Source of the DNA: an uncultured Bacilli bacterium
Lineage (GTDB): Bacteria; Bacillota_I; Bacilli_A; RF39; UBA660
Direction: 5' to 3'
DNA: 39,545 nt
NCBI GenBank assembly: GCA_947628245.1
Contig: CANQZH010000001.1
Location: forward strand, 1 to 39,545
Shown: one piece after another, positions 19,638-28,343 of the stretch
Layout of the letters: every line of letters starts with the position of its first letter
Position numbering within the stretch: position 1 is the first letter of the stretch
Made by a program: the position numbers and the translations under genes
The notes under the pieces: model-generated
Database searches by the model: none
Told to the model about the DNA's origin: nothing
What the model saw: the letters and a program-made list of their open reading frames with translations, nothing else

Positions 19638-20424
19638 ACATACTCATCATCATTAATAAAGCAAATATTAACAAAATCATTACTCCAACTCCAGTTGCAA
19701 CTAACATTTGCATAGTTTTCTTTTCCATTTTCTCTAAACGTTCTTTATACTTTAATTCACGAGCCTTTTGTTGTAAATTAGAAATAGTTCTAGAAAATGC
19801 CAATAATTGTTCTTGTTTATGTTCTTGCCTTCCTAATGATAAACGATATAATAAACGCATCATTCTCATTGAATCTCTTACTGGATAAGTTTTAGCAAAA
19901 GTCATATAAGGATTTATTGAACTATCACCAGCATTAACTTCGTTTATTAATTGTTGCAAACCTTCTTTAAATATTCCTGGAGCATCATTAATAGATTTTC
20001 CTAGAGCAACTGGAACTGTATAATGTTGAATTAAGATTTCTAAACTTTTTAAATAATGAGGTAGCATCGCATCAATATCATGTAAATGCCTTTTATAATA
20101 ATTTTTCATATTACTATAGTCTAATTTAAAAACTAAATAACCAGCTAATAAAGAAAATAATACAGTTATATAAGTTAAATTAGAAATAAAGAAACATAAC
20201 ATAACAACAATAACAATTAATCCATTTTTAATTCTTTTGTTAAATAAGAAATCAGCATTAACGGTATCACCGTACCTTGCTTTTACATAAAAATCCCAAT
20301 CATTTTCTTTAAGTCTTTGAAAATATACTTCATTATCCGATACAAATCGATTAATACTTATTTTTCCTGTAAAATCAAGAGCAAAGAAAATTAGAATTGC
20401 TAAGCCAACAATCTCAAAATACAT
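19636..20424 (-). CDS. tadC: Tad platform protein, TadC-like (T2SS-F domain)
   Basis: It is a polytopic membrane protein with one N-terminal TM helix, a TM pair, a cytoplasmic helical domain and a C-terminal TM helix. There is a TAATG overlap with the tadB-like gene downstream of tadA. Confidence 0.6.
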   Translation of the reverse strand: MYFEIVGLAILIFFALDFTGKISINRFVSDNEVYFQRLKENDWDFYVKARYGDTVNADFLFNKRIKNGLIVIVVMLCFFISNLTYITVLFSLLAGYLVFKLDYSNMKNYYKRHLHDIDAMLPHYLKSLEILIQHYTVPVALGKSINDAPGIFKEGLQQLINEVNAGDSSINPYMTFAKTYPVRDSMRMMRLLYRLSLGRQEHKQEQLLAFSRTISNLQQKARELKYKERLEKMEKKTMQMLVATGVGVMILLIFALLMMMSM

Positions 20425-21320
20425 TACTCCACCCCCACATCTTCATAATAGAACCGTTCTCCTTTATATAGAAAGAAACAGTTAATCCATATAATACAAT
20501 GTAATATTAATTGAACATACCACATATCTAATAATTTAATGTAAGAGTCAGTACCAAGCAAAAATTGCATAGCCATAACTAATAAGAATAATGCTAGACC
20601 AAAAGTAACAAATCTTTTATGAAAATCAGCTCGATCAATTTGATCTCGATATACACCTTCAACTAAGGCATCAATATCCATTGATAAATTTTCCAAAGCT
20701 TCACCAGAATCCTTAGCACCTTCTTTAGTAATTTGTAAAAATAACTGATTCATATTTTTAACCATATAATATGGATATTTTTGATTAAAAAATTCAATAG
20801 ATTCATCAATAGTACCATTTTGATATGACATATCAATCATAGTTCTAACATCAGTTAATACGGGATCTTCTAATATACCAGAATCTCTAACACCTTCCAA
20901 AGATTTAACAAAACTTTGAGTAGTTGTAAATTCCATTATAACATTTGTAGTATATATTTGAATTTGTTCAAAAATAAATTCAGAATAAGCTTTTTGACAT
21001 CTTAAATAAGCAAGAAAAGGAATAAACAAAACTGCAACTCCAGCATAGATTAAAGCAATAATAATATTATAAAAATATAAATAAGAAATACCACCCGCAA
21101 CAACAGCAAAAACAACAACTTGAGTTAAATATTGCCTTGGAGTATATTCTTGTCCCAATTCTTTAACCTTTTCTCTTACTTGTTTAAAGCTATAAGGAGC
21201 ATATTTATCATAAGCATTAGCAACGCTTTTAGCAAAGAATTTATAAACATTTTCACCATTATTCATATAATATGAAACTGCAAAAACTGCAATGGCTATA
21301 ATAATTATTAATTCAATCAT
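20424..21320 (-). CDS. tadB: Tad platform protein, TadB-like (T2SS-F domain)
   Basis: It has the same topology class as tadC and lies immediately downstream of the TadA ATPase gene. Confidence 0.6.
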   Translation of the reverse strand: MIELIIIIAIAVFAVSYYMNNGENVYKFFAKSVANAYDKYAPYSFKQVREKVKELGQEYTPRQYLTQVVVFAVVAGGISYLYFYNIIIALIYAGVAVLFIPFLAYLRCQKAYSEFIFEQIQIYTTNVIMEFTTTQSFVKSLEGVRDSGILEDPVLTDVRTMIDMSYQNGTIDESIEFFNQKYPYYMVKNMNQLFLQITKEGAKDSGEALENLSMDIDALVEGVYRDQIDRADFHKRFVTFGLALFLLVMAMQFLLGTDSYIKLLDMWYVQLILHCIIWINCFFLYKGERFYYEDVGVE

Positions 21321-21334
21321 ATTCTCCCTTCTTT

Positions 21335-22432
21335 CTATAAAGTTTCTATAGTTGCAACATTAGTTGGCTTATTTTTTTCTTCAACAAATATATCATCTGG
21401 TAAAGTTACTCCCGATATTGATAAATACTCTCTTAAATGATTAGTTGGATTATTCATTGTAATTTCACCAGTTAAAGTCTTTTGAAAAATTGTATTTACT
21501 TGAGGTTTATTTTCTTCATCAACATAAAATTCACAAATTTCCATTATTTCTCTTTGATATCTACCTAATTCCTTACTCATATATCCTTTTACATAAATAC
21601 CAATTTGAACATATCGATGAATTGTTGATAAAAACTGTTCAACATCAACATTACTTTCAATTAAGGCAAACATACGCATTGGTATTAAACTTGCTTTATC
21701 AGAGTGAATTGTTGATAAAATATGGTGTCCTGAAGAAATACTATTACGAACAGCCATAACCGCTTCTGCACTACGAACCTCAGATAATAATATCCATATT
21801 GGATTTTGTCTCATACAAGTTACTAACACATCAGTATAACTAGCAATATTATTAGTTTTCATAGCAATAATATCACGATGAGGAAAAATTCGATCTAAAT
21901 GTAATTCCAAAGTATCCTCAATTGTAATAATTTTTTCATTTTCCTTAGTATGAGAAGCTAAATACTTTACCAATTCAGTTTTACCTGAACCAGTCTCTCC
22001 ACTTACTATTATATTAGCATGACCTTCAACACATTTTAATAAAAAATCAAGAAGACTAGCTGAAATATACTGTTCATTTAATAATTTTTCTCTATTCAAT
22101 CTAATTTTAGAAGGTGTTTTTCTTATTTGACAAGCAATACCATTAGTAGCAATAGAATCGTGAATAAAATTTAAACGCAATTCAGCACTTTCAGCATCTA
22201 AAAAAGGATGAGCCATATTGAAAGTTTTACCCATAACATTTGCACATTGGAAAGCTAATTTTTCTAATAAAGCATTATTAATCTCCGGTCTTTCAACTTG
22301 ATATGAACCTTTATCTAAAGATTTTAGCCATACTTGTCCATTATTACAAATAGATATATCGGTAATATTTTCTTCTCTCAAAAACTCATCTATTGGACCA
22401 AAATCCAGTTGTGAAAATATCGCGTCGTTCAC
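21335..22432 (-). CDS. tadA: TadA/CpaF-family secretion ATPase (T2SS-E / VirB11-like)
   Basis: It has Walker A SGETGSGKTELVKYL, an Asp box (IITIEDTLEL), Walker B WILLSEVRSAEA and a His box GHHILSTIHS. Confidence 0.85.
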   Translation of the reverse strand: MNDAIFSQLDFGPIDEFLREENITDISICNNGQVWLKSLDKGSYQVERPEINNALLEKLAFQCANVMGKTFNMAHPFLDAESAELRLNFIHDSIATNGIACQIRKTPSKIRLNREKLLNEQYISASLLDFLLKCVEGHANIIVSGETGSGKTELVKYLASHTKENEKIITIEDTLELHLDRIFPHRDIIAMKTNNIASYTDVLVTCMRQNPIWILLSEVRSAEAVMAVRNSISSGHHILSTIHSDKASLIPMRMFALIESNVDVEQFLSTIHRYVQIGIYVKGYMSKELGRYQREIMEICEFYVDEENKPQVNTIFQKTLTGEITMNNPTNHLREYLSISGVTLPDDIFVEEKNKPTNVATIETL

Positions 22433-22461
22433 GATTACACCCCAATTCTTTTTATTCTTTT

Positions 22462-23304
22462 TTAATCATTATTATTATCATTGTTATTATTATTGTTGCT
22501 ACTTGTACTAGTTGAAATATTTTCATCTGGTATAACTTCAGTTTTAGATAAAATAAATTCTTTAACATAATCACTAGCAACTTCAGTTTCTCCAGGATTT
22601 GCTGTATAGTTCTTATTTCTTGGAACTGGTACTATTTCAACATTATACCCAGATAAATATTGAGCTTTTTTTAGTAATGAATACATATCATCAGGTACTG
22701 CAAATAATAAATCTGATGGTGTTCTTGCTTCACCAGATGTTTCAAATACTGATTTACCCTGTGAATCACGAACATCTAATACTTTAATACTACTAATTAA
22801 ATTAGTATACATTAATCGATTATAATCATTAGTTCCTTTAAACCATAAATCAATATAGTTTCCAGGGAATATTGAGTTACCATATGTAGTATGTAAATCT
22901 ACTGGTAAAGAAAATAATGTATAACCATTAGGAATATCAGCTGTAACACTATCAGGTTGTGTTTCAGGTGAAACAACTGTTTCCGTATAGAAGAAACTAT
23001 TTTGAGGAATAGTCGTTCCATACATAACTTCCTTACCAATTAATTGATTAGCATTTCTAATCATATTACTACTTTTACTCAATACTGTGCTAGAAACTTC
23101 CATAAAGCCAATATCATCATCAGTTATAACATGTCTAGAAGCTAAAGTCGTTTTAGCATATGGAATAGTTGTTGGATTAATAGCATTATTAACCCTCCAA
23201 GTATATCCTAAATACAAAACCAAAATACCAATAACAACACATATAATTGTTACCGTATTCTTATTACTTAAAAATTTCTTTAAATTAGCTCCAATATTTC
23301 CCAT
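22462..23304 (-). CDS. CpaB/RcpC-like pilus assembly protein (N-terminal TM, SAF-like domain) with a poly-Asn C-terminal tail
   Basis: The TM helix is VTIICVVIGILVLYLGY. AKTTLASRHVITDDDIGFMEVSS...LIGKEVMYGTTIPQNSFF matches the SAF/CpaB pattern. The tail is STSTSSNNNNNNDNNND. Confidence 0.55.
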   Translation of the reverse strand: MGNIGANLKKFLSNKNTVTIICVVIGILVLYLGYTWRVNNAINPTTIPYAKTTLASRHVITDDDIGFMEVSSTVLSKSSNMIRNANQLIGKEVMYGTTIPQNSFFYTETVVSPETQPDSVTADIPNGYTLFSLPVDLHTTYGNSIFPGNYIDLWFKGTNDYNRLMYTNLISSIKVLDVRDSQGKSVFETSGEARTPSDLLFAVPDDMYSLLKKAQYLSGYNVEIVPVPRNKNYTANPGETEVASDYVKEFILSKTEVIPDENISTSTSSNNNNNNDNNND

Positions 23305-23321
23305 TTTTATTCCTCCTCTTT

Positions 23322-23729
23322 CTAATCATTAGAATTCATTTCTAATAATGCATCTACTCTATTTACAATATCAAAAGTTTCTGTACTAGAATTAATTTGA
23401 TAAGTATTACTTTTAGATGTAACTTCCACACTTACTTTTGGTGGAGCTTCATAAAGATTATAAAAGTTAACTGTACTAGTTCCCGTAGGAATACTTTCAG
23501 ATAATCTTCTTAAAAAATTTTCCACAAATTTTTCTTTATTAATTCTTAATTCTCCACTTTCACGGTAGTAGCCATAATCGACAGCGTCGATCATAGCTGC
23601 TTCCGAAATTTCTTTTAATACATAATAATCTTGAGTATTCGTCGTAGAAACATTAGAAATTAACATCATTATAACAATTACTCCAACACCTAACGCAATT
23701 ATCCAATATCCCCAAAAAGATTCTTTCAT
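23322..23729 (-). CDS. 135-aa protein with a pilin-like N-terminus (cassette B, third gene)
   Basis: The N-terminus is MKESFWG-YWIIALGVGVIVIMMLISNV, followed by a ~105-aa domain. It is a paralog of 27925..28332. Confidence 0.6.
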   Translation of the reverse strand: MKESFWGYWIIALGVGVIVIMMLISNVSTTNTQDYYVLKEISEAAMIDAVDYGYYRESGELRINKEKFVENFLRRLSESIPTGTSTVNFYNLYEAPPKVSVEVTSKSNTYQINSSTETFDIVNRVDALLEMNSND

Positions 23730-23739
23730 TTTTTACCTC

Positions 23740-26700
23740 CTATTTCCAAGATGGTCCAATTCCATCTTTTCTACTTAATACACAATTACCATTAGTTACA
23801 CAATATTTAGAATCTAACCATAAAGTAAAATCAGGTCTTTCAACATTCGAAGTAAAATATTTATTAGAATTACTATTTAAGAAAGTACTACGACATTTAA
23901 CACTATATTCAATACCAGTATTTGGATCAACATATCTTTCACATTTCAAAGCATTTTCTCCAGCATTTTCTTCACCTTCAGGAATAGTAGTATTAGCATA
24001 TGTCTGAGCTTTTTCATTATATGACCTTATATTTGCTTTTTGTTGTTGAGTTATTGTATACGAATATTCTGGATTTTCATAGGCATCTTCACCTAACTCT
24101 TCAATATCATTCTTAGTAGTTTGAGCTTTTAAAGTTTGCCAATTGTATCCAGCATTTCGACAATCACTTTGATTTTCAATAGTACAAGAATTAGGGAATA
24201 AATCATTTAATGTTACAGTTCTAAACTTATAAGTTGTATTATTACCATCAAAGATACAAGTCTTACAATTAACTTCACATTCACCATCACATTCTTCGTG
24301 AATAGTACAATTATCGCCCTCACAACCAACTTCACATTCATCACAGTTATTAACATAAGCACATACATATCCAGCTTCCTGAGTTAATGTACTATTATTA
24401 CCAGTATTTCCACATTTTTTCTCTTGTGGTAACTTATTATATTCAGTTAATACACTAATATTATCACCAGAACTTACTAATCTACCTAATGCATCACTAC
24501 TATTTGATTGACCAATATTACTAAATTTCAAGACAAATGGGAATGCTCCCTTACCAGTTCTAAGTTCAACTGGTAATGCATCAGCAGGTAATCTAGTCCA
24601 TAAGCACTCAGTAAAACTTGTACCTTCGCAAATAGTTCCGCTCTTTACTGTACCATATTGATGGTATGTACTAAAGCTTTGATTTGGAATATAAGTACCA
24701 GCCATTGTCTTAGTCTTTTGAATCCATTTAGCTTGGCTAACAATAGTTTCAGCATTTCGACAACCATTACTATCACAAACAGTATAAGTTAAATTTTTAT
24801 ATAAACCACTAGGAGCAGCACTATTATTTGAAACTAAAGCACCACTTAAACATCTATATTGATTATCAGTATCACCTAAACAATAAGTATCTGAAGTTAC
24901 TGTTGAAACACTGCCACTTAGAGCAAATTTACCATTAGATATTTTAGCATATTCTTCTTCATGATAAGTAAAATTAACCTCTGGACTAAACTTCATACTA
25001 TTTTGCCATCCAGTTGAACAAGCATTGTATTCAGCAATAGTTTCTTGCATTTCATTATTTAAAGCAACTAATTTATTATAATTATCCTCACTCTTATCAG
25101 CATTCCATCTATTATAAGCATTAGTAACTTTTTCATTTATCTTTTTAATATCATCCTCAAATAGCTCAGTATCAATTGGTTTATCAGGATTTTCAGCAGA
25201 ACTTACATAACAATTTCTTGTTCCACTTATTTTAGTAGATAAAGTAAAGTAACCACCACTTGTTGAATATCTAGCTGTTGGTACTGAAAATTGATAATCT
25301 TCATCACACCAAACTTTACAATAACGATTATTTTTCAACTCATTAACAGCTTCATATGAAGTACCAGTCTGATCATTAGCATCTATTACACATTGTTTTA
25401 CAGGATTAACCGTTTCATTACAATCAGACTTAACTTTATTAATATCACTTATTGTACCTGTAATCTCACTTTCAGTATTAAAATTATTACACGTTCCAGG
25501 TACTGAAACAGTTGCATTACAATTTGGACATTTTTCAGCATATTCATCACAAGCTGGATCTTTCGGATTTTGTTCACACTTATCCTTTAATGGTGGACAA
25601 TAACAATCATCTAAGTATTCTCTTTCACTACATTGTTGGCCACCTTGATCTTCAACTTTCTCATTGCAATAATAAACATTATCATCATTTTGATCAGGAG
25701 TTTCACAAATATGTAAACATTGTTTACGATATTTAGCTCTAGTAGTAGCTTTACCATCATTACCATAATATGTTTTATTACCAGCAGCATCATACTCAAT
25801 ACTACAAGAATTAGTACATTTATCAGGACAACCTAATGAACCAACTCTTGGATCATCTTTAAGAACTTTTTCAGTAGAAACATTACCATCAGGAGAAGTT
25901 GTAGATAAAATATAATTTCCTGTATATTTACCATTTACCTCTTCACATACACATTCATTTGTAGGAGGAAGTTTTAACTCAGTTTGAATTAAGAAAGAAG
26001 GACTATAATTCTTAATTACTAACATTCTTTGTTCTGTTTTAAGATTAGGTGGATCGACAACAAACATATTTGCTGTTGGATTTCTATTATCCCTAAATGC
26101 TGTCTTAATTCTAATACCATATTTTTGATCAGCACTTGGTTTACCATTTTTTGTATTAATTCTAACAGTATATCTACCTTTATATCCCCCATTAGGATCA
26201 GCTATTTTTTTCTCAGTAATATCATCTTTGCCATTACAAGTATAACCATTCTCGCAAGTTATTTGAAATTGTTTCCATTTAATTTCTTCAGGCGCATGCC
26301 CATTTTTAGCACTTATATCAAATTTAATAGTAACATAATCGCCTTCTAATTTAGTATTAACAATACTAATATCCCAAGCATCTTCCCAAATAGTTCCATT
26401 TTTTACTAATTGTTCATATGTGGTTTTTTTATTCTTAATTTTATCTCCAACTTTAACAGCATCTTCAGCAATTTTTAAAGCAGCTTTAACAGCAGAATTA
26501 CTTAAATTCCAAAAGCTTCTATTTCTTCTATTTTCCCATAAATACTTACGGTTTTCAACACTACTACCATTACGATTAACATCAAGTTTTCCATAATAAG
26601 CTTCAATCCATCTAAAAACTAAAGTTCCTATCATTCTAACTTGGGCAGATTGTTTACCTCCATCATAATATTTACTTTTTATCATTTGTTGATAAGCATA

Positions 26701-27051
26701 AGTTGCAGCAACATCAGATGCTTGATATGAGCCTTTCTTTTGAGGTGAAATAACTCTTTCACACACGTGACTTTTTTCAATCATATCCTTAGCAGGAGCT
26801 AAACAATATGATTGACCATATAATTCACCATTTTTAGTAATGTTATAAAAATTAATATGTGATCCTGTCGCGTCACTAGAACCAACATGATCTAATCTAA
26901 CATACTTTTCAGGACATTTAGGTTCTTCAGAAGTAACAGCAGCAGTTACATTAAAAAATGTATACTCTTTTTCTTCTGCTTTAACAACATTAACATTAAT
27001 TAATAAAATAAATACATATAAAGTAAATAATACTTTCAAAACTTTTTTCAT
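23740..27051 (-). CDS. 1103-aa secreted Cys-rich protein (cassette B, second gene); no family recognised
   Basis: The Sec signal is MKKVLKVLFTLYVFILLINVNVVKA-EE. I hand-counted about 49 Cys. There is no LPXTG or C-terminal TM helix. It is a paralog of 28344..31766 with conserved Cys positions. Confidence 0.8.
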   Translation of the reverse strand: MKKVLKVLFTLYVFILLINVNVVKAEEKEYTFFNVTAAVTSEEPKCPEKYVRLDHVGSSDATGSHINFYNITKNGELYGQSYCLAPAKDMIEKSHVCERVISPQKKGSYQASDVAATYAYQQMIKSKYYDGGKQSAQVRMIGTLVFRWIEAYYGKLDVNRNGSSVENRKYLWENRRNRSFWNLSNSAVKAALKIAEDAVKVGDKIKNKKTTYEQLVKNGTIWEDAWDISIVNTKLEGDYVTIKFDISAKNGHAPEEIKWKQFQITCENGYTCNGKDDITEKKIADPNGGYKGRYTVRINTKNGKPSADQKYGIRIKTAFRDNRNPTANMFVVDPPNLKTEQRMLVIKNYSPSFLIQTELKLPPTNECVCEEVNGKYTGNYILSTTSPDGNVSTEKVLKDDPRVGSLGCPDKCTNSCSIEYDAAGNKTYYGNDGKATTRAKYRKQCLHICETPDQNDDNVYYCNEKVEDQGGQQCSEREYLDDCYCPPLKDKCEQNPKDPACDEYAEKCPNCNATVSVPGTCNNFNTESEITGTISDINKVKSDCNETVNPVKQCVIDANDQTGTSYEAVNELKNNRYCKVWCDEDYQFSVPTARYSTSGGYFTLSTKISGTRNCYVSSAENPDKPIDTELFEDDIKKINEKVTNAYNRWNADKSEDNYNKLVALNNEMQETIAEYNACSTGWQNSMKFSPEVNFTYHEEEYAKISNGKFALSGSVSTVTSDTYCLGDTDNQYRCLSGALVSNNSAAPSGLYKNLTYTVCDSNGCRNAETIVSQAKWIQKTKTMAGTYIPNQSFSTYHQYGTVKSGTICEGTSFTECLWTRLPADALPVELRTGKGAFPFVLKFSNIGQSNSSDALGRLVSSGDNISVLTEYNKLPQEKKCGNTGNNSTLTQEAGYVCAYVNNCDECEVGCEGDNCTIHEECDGECEVNCKTCIFDGNNTTYKFRTVTLNDLFPNSCTIENQSDCRNAGYNWQTLKAQTTKNDIEELGEDAYENPEYSYTITQQQKANIRSYNEKAQTYANTTIPEGEENAGENALKCERYVDPNTGIEYSVKCRSTFLNSNSNKYFTSNVERPDFTLWLDSKYCVTNGNCVLSRKDGIGPSWK

Positions 27052-27053
27052 TT

Positions 27054-27815
27054 TTATCTTCCCTCTATATTTTGCTTAAAACCAATTTGTTTTTTTCGAT
27101 ATCTAATTATAGCAACAATAACAATTGCAATTACCAATACCCCTACAATAATAATTTCAATATTTAAAATATTTTTTTTATTACTTTCTTCTTCATTTTC
27201 TTTTTTTGTTTCACTATCATTTTTTTTACTTTCTTGTGATTCTAAATATTCACCATAAGCTGTCTCACCATCTATTTCACTAGTTACATATTCTTGGCAA
27301 TAATAACTATCATTATTTTCACAATACAAATATGAAGAATTTTGATTATACATTGGTGTTTTTAATTCAACTGTTCTTAATTCTTGATTAATACAATCTG
27401 AAACAGCTGAATATATTATTAATTTATAAGTTCTAATTTTAATAGTATCAGGTACTTCATAAGTTATTGTTCCATTTTTAGTATCATTATAATGATACTC
27501 TTTATTTAAACCATCATCAAGATTTTGTAAAACAACATATATCTTATCAGTAACGTTTTCTATTTTAATTGTAACTTTATCCTCCATAAGATATTCACTT
27601 AATTCACCTTCTTCAACACTTGAAGGTGAAACTTCAGGATGAAGAACTCCATTTCTATCATACACAACTGTATCAATGTTGTAATTAAATGTAACATTCG
27701 ATGAAACTGTATTAATTTCAAGTTGAGTTTTATTATCACATTCTGCTTTTACCTTTCCTATCGAAAACATTGTCATTATACATAATAGTAACAAATAAGC
27801 TTTTTCTTTTTTCAT
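27054..27815 (-). CDS. ~253-aa type I membrane protein (cassette B, first gene): signal peptide, beta-rich ectodomain with 4 Cys, acidic/Lys linker, C-terminal TM helix
   Basis: The ORF track starts at 27842, but a near-consensus -10 abuts that ATG. I therefore prefer the ATG at 27815 (MKKEKAYLLLLCIMTMFSIGKVKA-ECDNK), which has GGTGA 7 nt upstream. The C-terminal TM helix is IIIVGVLVIAIVIVAII, followed by RYRKK. Confidence 0.65.
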   Translation of the reverse strand: MKKEKAYLLLLCIMTMFSIGKVKAECDNKTQLEINTVSSNVTFNYNIDTVVYDRNGVLHPEVSPSSVEEGELSEYLMEDKVTIKIENVTDKIYVVLQNLDDGLNKEYHYNDTKNGTITYEVPDTIKIRTYKLIIYSAVSDCINQELRTVELKTPMYNQNSSYLYCENNDSYYCQEYVTSEIDGETAYGEYLESQESKKNDSETKKENEEESNKKNILNIEIIIVGVLVIAIVIVAIIRYRKKQIGFKQNIEGR

Positions 27816-27842
27816 TAATTTCACCAACCCATTTATACTCAT

Positions 27843-27871
27843 ATTCTACCAAATTATCATATCATTTTCAA
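27843..27871 (-). promoter_or_regulatory. SigA-type promoter of cassette B (TG-extended -10)
   Basis: On the minus strand, TTGAAA (27871..27866), a 17-nt spacer and TGgTAGAAT (-10 at 27848..27843). Confidence 0.55.
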
Positions 27872-27900
27872 TCATTTTATTTAAAATTTTTAGATATAAA

Positions 27901-27927
27901 AAAAAGAGTGAAAAATAACTCACTCTA
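27901..27927 (-). terminator. Rho-independent terminator after cassette A
   Basis: On the minus strand, AGAGTG-agttattttt-CACTCT is followed by a T-run. It overlaps the stop of the 135-aa gene at 27925. Confidence 0.45.
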
Positions 27928-28332
27928 ACTATTTGAATCTAACTCTAATATAGCATCTACTCTATTAACTATATCAAAACTTTCAACATTAGAATTTAAC
28001 TGATAAGTATTACTTTTTGTTATAACTTGAACACTAGCTTTTGGAGGAGATTCATAAATACTATAAAAATCAATTTGATAAGTACTTAAAGATACATTTT
28101 CTGCAAATCTTCTTAAAAAATTTTCTACAAATTTTTCTTTATTTATTCTTAACTCTCCACTTTCACGATAATAACCATAATCTACAGCATCTACCATTGC
28201 CGCTTCAGATATTTCTTTTAAAACATAATAATCTTGAGTATTAGTTGCTGAAACATTAGATATTAGCATCATAACTATTATAACTCCAACACCTAAAACT
28301 ATTAACCAATAGCCCCAATAAGATTCTTTCAT
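27925..28332 (-). CDS. 135-aa protein with a pilin-like N-terminus (cassette A, third gene)
   Basis: The N-terminus is MKESYWG-YWLIVLGVGVIIVMMLISNV. The first ~75 aa are almost identical to 23322..23729. Confidence 0.6.
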   Translation of the reverse strand: MKESYWGYWLIVLGVGVIIVMMLISNVSATNTQDYYVLKEISEAAMVDAVDYGYYRESGELRINKEKFVENFLRRFAENVSLSTYQIDFYSIYESPPKASVQVITKSNTYQLNSNVESFDIVNRVDAILELDSNS

Positions 28333-28343
28333 CTTTTAACCTC

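Larger units (their letters stand above)
23322..27842 (-). repeat. Diverged tandem duplication, unit B (three-gene cassette)
   Basis: All three ORFs are gene-for-gene paralogous with 27925..32569, in the same order and orientation. Confidence 0.85.

Noticed and set aside
22465-22500. The Asn-coding AAT/AAC tract at the 3' end of the cpaB-like gene as a phase-variation repeat.
   Set aside because: The repeat is imperfect (interrupted by GAT/GAC and mixed codons) and its unit length is 3. Slippage would only change the tail length, not the reading frame.
26740-26830. Possible thioester-domain (TED) adhesin signature in the giant proteins: the conserved (Y/F)-C-(L/F)-x-P motif (GQSYCLAPAKD / GQAFCFKPGAT) and a conserved AYQ(Q/L)MI about 38 aa later.
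   Set aside because: The TQxA(I/V)W glutamine motif is not actually present, and the Cys-to-Gln spacing is much shorter than in the TEDs I know of. This is worth an HMM check but is not supportable from the sequence alone.
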